Shown: positions 51,456-64,000 of the stretch, in pieces
Layout of the letters: every line of letters begins with the position of its first letter
Position numbering within the stretch: the first letter of the stretch is position 1
Assembly: GCF_003704095.1 (NCBI RefSeq)
Contig: NW_020843644.1
Span: 248,001-312,000, forward strand
Direction of reading: 5' to 3'
Length of the DNA stretch: 64,000 nucleotides
Source of the DNA: Pocillopora damicornis
Taxonomy: Eukaryota
Notes under the pieces: generated by a model
The model's input: only the letters and a program-made list of their open reading frames with translations
Database searches by the model: none
Told to the model about the DNA's origin: nothing
Translations under genes and position numbers: made by a program

Positions 51456-53379
51456 AGAATGAAAAGACTCGATCTCTTAGCTCTCCGGGACACAGTTTTC
51501 ATAAAATAGTCAAGTTACTAAACCTAAAGAAAGCGTTTTGAAGCGAATTCAAGGCTCATTTTGGGAAATTTGAGCACTAATTAATCAACTCATCGATCGT
51601 CGCCACTGAATTGGGGAAATTTAAAAGCCAATTTCATTCAGCGTTTCGAGAAATACCTTTTAGGGCTGTGCTCCTCAATCAAGAAGTCTCAAACAACCTA
51701 AGAAATTCAGAGAAAGAGTCTTAGACGATGATTGTACATGAGTCAACTTGCCACCAGTGGTCTTTCCAGTTGAATATACGGGTTTTATCCCATGACCCCT
51801 TTTTTTAAATCCTTTTGCGAGTACATGGCTCAAAAGTAAGGGCCTACAAGAAAGTCACAGATCTTGCCTCTTACAAAAAACTTGCCCATCACATCCTGCA
51901 CTTGGGTGGGGCATTTGACTGACACAAATTTTAGCCCAGAGGGACGGAAATTTGAACGAACCAATATTAAAAGTTCAAATGCCCAGGGGAAAGGAGTTGC
52001 CCGAAGAGAGGGGATGTTAAAGCTTCGAATTGATCAACGCATTGGCATTGGCCTCTTCGTGGGCAAGGCTGAGAAACGAAAAATTAGTCAAACGGCCGTA
52101 AATTTCATGTGACTCAATCTTAAAGCGCCATAAATGGTTACATACTTTTTTCCTCTTGTTCAGGCAGCCTTTTATTGGCGTCTTTGTGCACATTCTGTTT
52201 TTCAACTTGCTATTTCACAACATCTTGTATAATATTTTTCAGCGACATCCCACAAGTTTAACAGCCTGCTGTTTAAAGAAGCTCAGCTAGCAAGCTGACA
52301 TTTCTTTCGGTACCCAGGTCCACACCTTAATTACCCACATTATAGACCTTCATTCAAATGTATGAACCTCTACTAAGTTTACAATACAATGTTTACACTG
52401 CGAGTCTGACACTTTAATGGTTCCTTTTTGAGTTCGCGGATGTTTTTTTGACACGTATCAGAACAAGAGATTCAGAGCTGATTAGAGAGTTCTGAAAACA
52501 TAAATAATTTTAAGGTTGCGCGGCCAAGATGATAGGCCAATCTCCTCTTCGATAAATTACTGTGAAACGCAGTCGCTTTTCTTCTTGAAGAACTATTCCA
52601 GACAAAAGGCAGATCTATGGCTAATGATGAAAAACAACAGTTATTTCATTTGTGTTTCTTGTAAACAGTCTTATTTCGGTTACTGTAAAGATTCGTATGG
52701 GTTAGATGTCTCTAGTAGCAGATTAGCTTCTGAAGGAAACCAAAACAACTTTCCATTAACCTTCACTTAATTTCAAATAATGAACTCGTTTTATTTCGAT
52801 CTCGACCATACATGCTTCCATTATATAAATCGCTTGGTTTGATCAAGCATGACTCGCTTTATATTTGCATCGCGCGATTAAAACTTAACTACTGCGCGAT
52901 TTAGTTTACGTTTTATTTCTGAATACATGTAAAGATAAACACTTTTAGGGGAAACTTTACTAGCCTGGGGAGTCATTCCGAGCGCGCAAACTGTTTCAAT
53001 TTAATTCATTTTAATAATATACTGAGCTTATAAACAAGTTAAATGATAAGGTGCTCTTTCTGGTCTAAGAAAAGACGCCTCTTCTGTACATTATGCATAG
53101 AAAACTCTAGTTTTCCATGAGTTTTGTAACCATTTTTATAACAAATAAAGAAATGTTAACTCGTAATGAATTATCTTTAAAAATAAGGAGGCTACACCGT
53201 GTTATTTCGCCTTTATCGTTCATTCAGTTATGTACAGCCACGAGTTCTTTTAAAGTATTCAAATACACAACATTAAGTTTGCAGTAGTTCAAACAAACAA
53301 CGATAACCTGCCTAACCACGGAGGAAGTTTAAGTAATTTACTCGTACTTGCTTCAATCTTCTTTATGTTCTTACACTAG

Positions 53380-54108
53380 TCAATCGTTTTTACAACCAAG
53401 GAAGCCGTGAATACTCAGTGACGTCTTTACTCTTTTCTCCCGTTGCCGTCTGTTACAGAACCACACTCGCACAACCTCCCTATCCAGGCGCAATCCCTCG
53501 GCAATGCGAACGATTTCTTGGGAAGATGGTTTTGGTTGTTTAAGAAAATGATCTTCAAGATGTTCCTTAGCAGTCAGACCGATAGTGGTTCGTCTTTTTC
53601 TACGGCGTTCAGCGTTGAATTTATCACCACACGCCCCTCCAGAACATTCAGCCTCTTCAAGCCAGCGCGCCAGAATCGGCTTCAGCTTACAAGCGTTCTT
53701 AAAGCTTAGTTGCAGATTCTCGAAGCGGCAGATGGTGGTTTGGCTAAAATCTGTTCCGTGGACTGTTGCTAATGCTGCACCAACGTTCGTCTGTGTAAAA
53801 CCCAGCTTGATGCGGCGGAGTTTGAACTGAGTCGCGAACTCCTCCAATTCGCGCAGTTTTGAAGTGTCAATGGCAAAACCCAAGCCGTGATGTGGTGCTG
53901 ACATACTGGGATCGCTGTCAAAATTAGCCATAGGGTTTAGCATAAATGGAGATGCCACGTGGATATTCGCTCGCGGGTCCATCTTACTGCAGTGAGTTAC
54001 TGGCGGTAGAGAGGTGGGATGCGAAGGCATCATTGAAATGGGCGTCTCGCGAACCATTTGCTGAAAAGGCGCATAGGATACTTCGGGTGGATATGGAGGG
54101 CAAGCCAT
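53380..54108 (-). CDS. POU1F1: POU class 1 homeobox transcription factor (Pit-1), intronless CDS, 242 aa
   Basis: POU-specific domain [46 protein letters not shown] and homeodomain ending [16 protein letters not shown] are class-1 diagnostic ([23 protein letters not shown]). Confidence 0.95.
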   Translation of the reverse strand: MACPPYPPEVSYAPFQQMVRETPISMMPSHPTSLPPVTHCSKMDPRANIHVASPFMLNPMANFDSDPSMSAPHHGLGFAIDTSKLRELEEFATQFKLRRIKLGFTQTNVGAALATVHGTDFSQTTICRFENLQLSFKNACKLKPILARWLEEAECSGGACGDKFNAERRRKRRTTIGLTAKEHLEDHFLKQPKPSSQEIVRIAEGLRLDREVVRVWFCNRRQREKRVKTSLSIHGFLGCKND

Positions 54109-55990
54109 GGCTGATTACAAAGTCAAGCTGCCTTCGTTCGTCTTGCTGCCGGAATGAATGCGCAATCTCTGAGCCGTCATTTAAAGCAAAGTCCACACGC
54201 TGCAGGCAATAATTGTAGATAACAAAACCAACGCGAGCTTCTTAGGAGCGGAAGACATCAAGTCGGAAACACGGCTAAAATGCCGATGTTTTAAGTTCAA
54301 AGTGCTCTGCTATCGCAGCGCTCTAAAGATGAGATAAACGCTGCGCTGTTTTTTTGATACAGCGCGCGCTAAAAGCAAGTGTTATTTCCAAAGTGTGAAT
54401 GAGCTTTGAAGAGAGATTGAAGAGATTTTGAGGGCGGAACGAAAATACAGTTGTTAACCTCACGCGATTTTTGACATATTTGATTCCTCGATATGATTTC
54501 CAAGCTTTTCTGATTTGTTCTGAACTCTAGATCCTTCGGTAGAGATGTAAATTTTTTATATAAACGTTTTTGTTCACACTGAAATCGCAAATATGTGGGA
54601 AATTTTCATTTTTTGGGGAATTTCTTGACCAGGAAAAAAATTCCACGGAGGTTAATGCATCAACATTAATCATGGAGCCAAATGAGCTATAAGTGTGTTT
54701 GATAATCGTTCGCTTTTCCAAAAGGCACAATTATTCGTAACTGTGTAGATCATATGGTTCTGTTGTTTCTCTCTGGACCTAATTAGAACTTAGTGTCGGA
54801 AGTTGAACACCCTTAATTTGGTTAAAAAAAATTTTTACTTGAGGCGAAGTCAATCAGCCAACGGTGTAAATTAAGGAGTTAGATTCCGTGAGCGGCTCGT
54901 ATCGGATTTACTTGCCGCCTGTTTAATCGCTCTTTCCTTCTAGCTAAAAAGGCATCGTAGTTGCAAGAGGTAGATTTAAAATTTGTTTAATCCAGATAAA
55001 GAAGATTTATTTTCCGCTCACTGACGACACAGATCGATTTGATTTTTTTTCCTTTTTTTTCCTGATTGCAGCGTACGATTTAAGGGAAGGTAATTCTTTT
55101 CTCGCGCGTGAAGCGATAACTGTCATAGTTAAAAACCACAGGCGCAAATGTTTCCATATTAATGATTCCCAACGGAAGATGTTTAAAGATAAACGGCTGA
55201 ATTCTGGCGACGAGCTTTGGATATAAAATATTAATGGACAGAACACATTAAGCTCAACTTGAAAAGATATACCGAGCTGGCGTATGAATTTTAACAAAAG
55301 ATTTTGGATAATGATTTTTAAAATTCTTGTCAGAGACGTTGGCCTGGGTTAACATATTTCTAAATAATATTAAAAAGGTCATTCAGGTTGAGACTCAATA
55401 GGTGTCCGGGAAAAAAATTAATTGATTCTATACTACTCGGGGACAGATTTAATTTTGGTTTTGTTCGCGAGTAAATCGTGATTGTCATGATATGAAGTTC
55501 AAAAGAATCACCACGCTTTGATAAGCACGCGATTGATCGATTGAAGAATAAGTGGAGTTGACTATTAGTCAATTTAAGGTGAAAATGAATCCGTCATGCA
55601 GTCTGCGGCTTTGAAGAGAATTTCGAAAGCAGGAGCCATATTTGATAAAATCGAATGGTTAGCTGTCGAAAGAATAAAAAACTTCAAAGGCCTTCAAGAC
55701 AGGTTGGTGAAAAAAAAAGGCAATTCAGTTATCACATGGGCAAATAGCAAATAACAAGTTGATTCTTGAATCAAGAAAGAAGGAAAAACTCTGAACAGAC
55801 ATTAGAAAAATATAAGCAGAACAAACTTGACATGTGTAACGCCTGCAAAAAAAAGAGAACTTTTTTGAAGTAAAGTAGGATCTTTACTAAAATATGACAT
55901 TTTTTGTAATATCAAGGAATATCCTATTGAGAAAACAAATTGTAATTCGGTAAGATCTCTCCCCATGCCCTTGCGGGCCATCAAGCTAAG

Positions 55991-59675
<3,685 letters not shown>

Positions 59676-60599
59676 AATGGTGACTTTTTGAATCACTATC
59701 TATGCCAATGATGTGAGCACGGCTATATTAAATAATCTAGATCTTTCACGGGATTTCTTTTTAATGAAATGACTTTGATAGACTAGTCTTTTATATATAA
59801 ATATATAATGTAATATTTATGTATGAAAAGCGACCAAAAGAAGTTGTTGAAAAAAAACCAAAAAACCAAAAAAAGTTGTTAAACCTTGTTTACTTCATAG
59901 AAGAAAATAATTTTGTGCTGTATTTGGTGCTTTCAGTTTAGCCGTAGAGCAGTGGCTTGTAAACCACGATAAAAAGCCGAAAAACACTCCACAATTGCAC
60001 CTTGCATTGATAAAAACGCAATAATTAAGATAGTAATGGTGATAAATTGAAGAGAAACACCTCTACGTTTAAGAGAGTGGATCGCTCTCCATGCAGCTAC
60101 AAAAAGTTGCCTGACGGTTTTGTACACTTTTCTATCACACAATTTCCATCGCCCTCCTCCTGGGTCCTTTTGGGCTTATTGACGTGATTTACAGGTTTTT
60201 TAAGCCAAATAAAGCATAAGCTAGAGAAACAGTCACCAAAAAGCCAAGAAATCTTGCAACCCGTAAAATATCCGCCTAGGTAATCCGTTATATCATTAAA
60301 GATGCATGTCGGTCTTAATTTTTGGTTGCCAAGCTATTGGGAGGCTATTATTACATGTGCGAGCAAAATCGTTTTAAATTCAAATTAAAACCCGGTTATG
60401 TGCATGAATTGCTGATTTGTAGCGGAGGTTGGAGGAAGATTTTCTTATTTATGAAAAGACCAACTGGAACTACATCTCGACAAGCTTTTTTTTTACAGCA
60501 GTGTAATGAAAAACAGTCGCTGAACGCATCGAGAAAGTTTCAGAAAAACCGACAGAGTCGTACAAAAATTATATTTGCCGGTTACGATCATTATTACAG

Positions 60600-60962
60600 A
60601 TGAAATCAGCTGAGAAAAACGATGAACATATGAGCTCCGCGACCGGATCGTTCGCTGAAAATGAACTTTCCACGCAGAAAAAACGCCGGTCCAAAGACAT
60701 CACAGAACTAAAAGCTGAAGCTGAAGGCTTGAAAGAATCCTTGTCGAGCCTTACGACGGAAGATGAAAAATCACAAACGAAGGAAAGGGCGGCATATTTT
60801 GATGACCTGTTCCAGTTTTTAGGGACGACGAATGTTAAAATGGACAGGAAAGTGCTAGAGCACATTATGGAACTTTTAAAACTGGATGTACACCCAGACA
60901 ATATTGTAGAATTGCTAACAACAGTGATGGCGATGGAAAATGAAGAGGTTATTTTCATTTGA
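60600..60962 (+). CDS. Small protein with C-terminal MOZART2 (MZT2)-like domain, 120 aa
   Basis: DLFQFLGTTNVKMDRKVLEHIMELLKLDVHPDNIVELL resembles MZT2 ELYELAQAAGGGIDPDVFKILVDLLKLNVAPLAVFQML. The ATG directly follows a possible TTACAG acceptor, so an upstream exon may exist. Confidence 0.55.
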   Translation: MKSAEKNDEHMSSATGSFAENELSTQKKRRSKDITELKAEAEGLKESLSSLTTEDEKSQTKERAAYFDDLFQFLGTTNVKMDRKVLEHIMELLKLDVHPDNIVELLTTVMAMENEEVIFI

Positions 60963-62888
60963 GGATAAACACTGAGAAAAACAGTAGACCTTGTCTTTGT
61001 CGGGATCACGAATGCCTCCCAGATGTTTGTTTTAAATTTAATTAACGAGGAATAATTATTTTTATTGTTTTATTCAACTGCAAGACGTGTTTTTTAACGT
61101 TCTTTTTTGTATTTTTGTGCGTAAGTACTTACTCGTGTATAATTTTTTCATATGCAATAATTTCACAATCCGGTTTTTAATTTTCTTTTGGTTTTTAATC
61201 GCAGTAGAATAGGCTGGTACAATGTTTACCTTAACAAAACTTAAATAAACAGTGGGACACCTGTCTGGAGTGGTAGGAAAACGAATGTTTCATTGTGTGG
61301 TGTCATTTGTCTATCATTTTTTAAATTTTGATTTAATTTTTTTTATTCTACCCGACTTTAAAAAAGGAATATTAGAATTTAACTGTTATGACCTTTGTAT
61401 TAGAGACTTTGAGCAATTGATTTTTCCCTAGACGGCTGATTCTTTCCGACATACGTCAAAGTCGCAGGATGGGTCATTTTAAGATTCTTTCGTTATTCAG
61501 CTATATCTTCGTGTCAAATCCTTTTCAGCACTCCGTTACAACACTCCACACTGTCCGATTTTTCACTCGTCGCTCAATATTCGATGTTAGCGTTCTTTAG
61601 TAGATTAACTTGTTACCTAGGTGGAACGTTGCCAGAGATACAGTGCAACGACTGGGAGAACAAACCTCCCCCCTAATTAGAATTTAGACAGCAACAGCAA
61701 GCATCAAATCTTGGGATGGTTGGCAGACGGGAATTATTTCTCGAGAATTTGTTTCCATTTCTAGCGCTCCATTCCATCTTCATAAAAATTACTGGTTCAT
61801 GTTCAACGAAGGAGAAGGTGTTGTAAGATTGGTTTAAACGCGCCACGTGACCGAGTATTCGCTTTCTGAAGAATATCCTTAACGGGAAAAAATGATAATC
61901 ACAGGCAAATATTGAAGCACTTTTCCACAACGGCTATATCGAACTATAGGTTATTGTTCATGTAATCCCTTATCCAGGTAGAACATATTTGGTCTCGCGA
62001 TGCGGTTTGAAGTAAACACGGTAGACATTTTCACCCGGATGTGATTCCTCGGATTAAACCAATTTCAGCTACAAAATATTATTGTCATGTCTGAGAACAC
62101 AGAGGGAAATGGTTATCGTCCTTCAGGCTTTGGAGGTTAACTTAACACTTTAAACCCTCAGCGTGACTAGCATCTATTTCTCCCTACAATATTACCCGTG
62201 AATCAAATGCTATATCAAATGTATAGAGAACAGTATGGAGAATGTACATAGTGATGTTAGGGTGAAAAAGGTTGACGGCCACAATTTCGTTCCCAGGGGC
62301 TTTTCGGTTTTCAAAATGGCGGTTTTTTTGAAAATTAGGGGGCGCCTGGGAACAAAGGTTTGTCGCACGTGAGGAACGGGATTTCTGGAAAATCAAATGT
62401 TTTCCTCGTTTCACCAAGGGTTATTCTTTATCTATTGCGTTTGAAAGAATTTTCTTAGTTTTCGATAGATTTTAGATGATTCAATGCACTTTTTAAAAGC
62501 CTCTTCAAGGATGAGATGCAGAGGTTTACTGATAGTTGGATCAGGAAGATTTGTTATCATTGATCTGCGATGACCATTTTGCTTACACCTCACAGAACCA
62601 GGTAAGACTTGTACTTCATATCAGAAATGAACCAAATAGCAAGCTTATAGATACATAGGAGTCTGCTTAGTACCTAGACGTTCTTCTAACTTCACAGATG
62701 CACCAAAGCTGTGAGAGATAATTATAGACTTGCAAACTCTACATCGTAAATTATTTTTAAACAGACCGCAAAAAAAGAAGAACTTAAAGTGAGAACATTA
62801 AAAACAACTACGAATACAGTGGTTTGGTATGAGGAATTGTATGGTTGACAGTAAGGAGAATGACAAATTTGATGTGGGAGGTAAATGG

Positions 62889-63069
62889 TTAACTGTTTGA
62901 CCCCTAAAATTGACTAGTGTCTAATTTATTCCTTTAATATCACTCCTGAATCACACGTTAAGGGCACAAGAATACAGGTTGATTGTTATTCTCCTTTTCA
63001 GCACCTCAGGATATGTCTATGGAAAAGTATGGAGAATATGCATACTGATGGTAGGGTGTTGAGGGTTAA
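62889..63069. mobile_element. piggyBac-like MITE remnant (TTAA...GGGTTAA)
   Basis: Bounded by TTAA at 62889 and GGGTTAA at 63063-63069; internal GTATGGAGAAT.T.CATA.TGATG.TAGGGTG block shared with 62233-62265. Confidence 0.55.
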
Positions 63070-63133
63070 GTGCTTTTTAATTAATTTGAAGGTAACAAAC
63101 AAGCAGTTCAAGTACGTAATTCTCTTGCTGTTC

Positions 63134-63407
63134 TTCTGTAATACTGCATGTTCTGTAATACTGTGTGCTTTGTAATACTGCATGTTTTGTAATACTGCAT
63201 GTTCTGTAATACTACATGTTCTGTGATATTGCATGTTCTGTAATACTACATGTTCTATAATACTGCATGTTTTGTAATACTGCATGTTTTGTAATACTGC
63301 ATGTTCTGCAATACTGCATATTCTGCACTACAGCATGTTCTGTAATACTGCATATTCTGCACTACAACATGTTCTGTAATACTGCATGTTCTGCAATACT
63401 GCATGTT
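63134..63407. repeat. 17-bp minisatellite (TTCTGTAATACTGCATG), ~16 copies
   Basis: Tandem array seen directly; it explains the repetitive ORFs 62998-63534. Confidence 0.95.
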
Positions 63408-64000
63408 GATATCTTTGGTTTTGGTTTTGTGATATAACTTGAAATGATCTCTGACTACTAACTCTATATGCCAGAAATCCAGAGGTTTTTTCCTGAAGTG
63501 CATTGAAGTCAACAGAGCATGAAAAGTGCATCATGGCAAATTGAAATTAGTATATAACTATAGATGTATATAAAATATGAGATGGAGAAAACAATGTACC
63601 ACATTTGATCAGTAATGTTATAAGATGTACTCAGTAATAACACATAAATTATTTGCATGTGATAAAGGAAGTGGTATGCTCTTCAATGTAGTTGCTCTAG
63701 AAATAATGGCAAAAAATAAGGTCCTCACATACCGAAAGGGGGCTGGGTTCAAGTTAGGATACTGCGAGTCACTCCCAGTCACATGACTCAGTTTTTCCAT
63801 GCAAAGCAACAGCTTTGTTTCCTACCCAGTATCTGGCCTGTGTCCTTTTTAAAAAGTGATAGAAATGAGAGTGGATTCTGGTTGAGTAACTAGCTGTCAA
63901 TACAGAAGAACCTACTTTTTGACTGACAGAATGGCTGATTAATTGACTGACCTACAAATTAACTGACAGACCAACAAACCTACCAGAGAACTGAAAATGA

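Noticed and set aside
62998-63534. Repetitive ORFs (MQYYKTCSITEHAVLQN...) and a superficially CRISPR-like array
   Set aside because: Products of a 17-bp minisatellite; no unique spacers; eukaryotic context.
61480-64000. Scattered splice-like sites hinting at another gene at the right edge
   Set aside because: No coherent reading frame or recognisable protein could be assembled.

Overview
Eukaryotic, AT-rich genomic DNA with spliced genes, MITE/LINE/LTR debris and small assembly gaps. Gene content and repeat families suggest an invertebrate animal, probably a cnidarian such as a stony coral (inference). Left to right: 5' exon of an unidentified minus-strand gene; a 17-coding-exon TMEM181 containing a U12-type AT-AC intron; a single-ORF coiled-coil protein with a UBAN-like (ABIN/TNIP/NEMO) motif; a ~10 kb Hsp70 co-chaperone cluster of two head-to-head BAG/DnaJB pairs in mirror orientation (BAG<- ->DnaJ ... 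DnaJ<- ->BAG) carrying six perfect heat-shock elements; a solo LTR with its own HSE, AP-1 site and TATA box; a decayed LINE; a uronyl/heparan-sulfate 2-O-sulfotransferase-like gene; intronless POU1F1 (Pit-1); PTGR2; a MOZART2-like ORF; and a 17-bp minisatellite. The best candidate for an undescribed system is the mirror-duplicated, probably HSF-driven module of J-protein plus nucleotide-exchange factor, in which one BAG copy has lost the canonical Hsp70-contact residues. All family calls come from recalled sequences and motifs; no searches were run.
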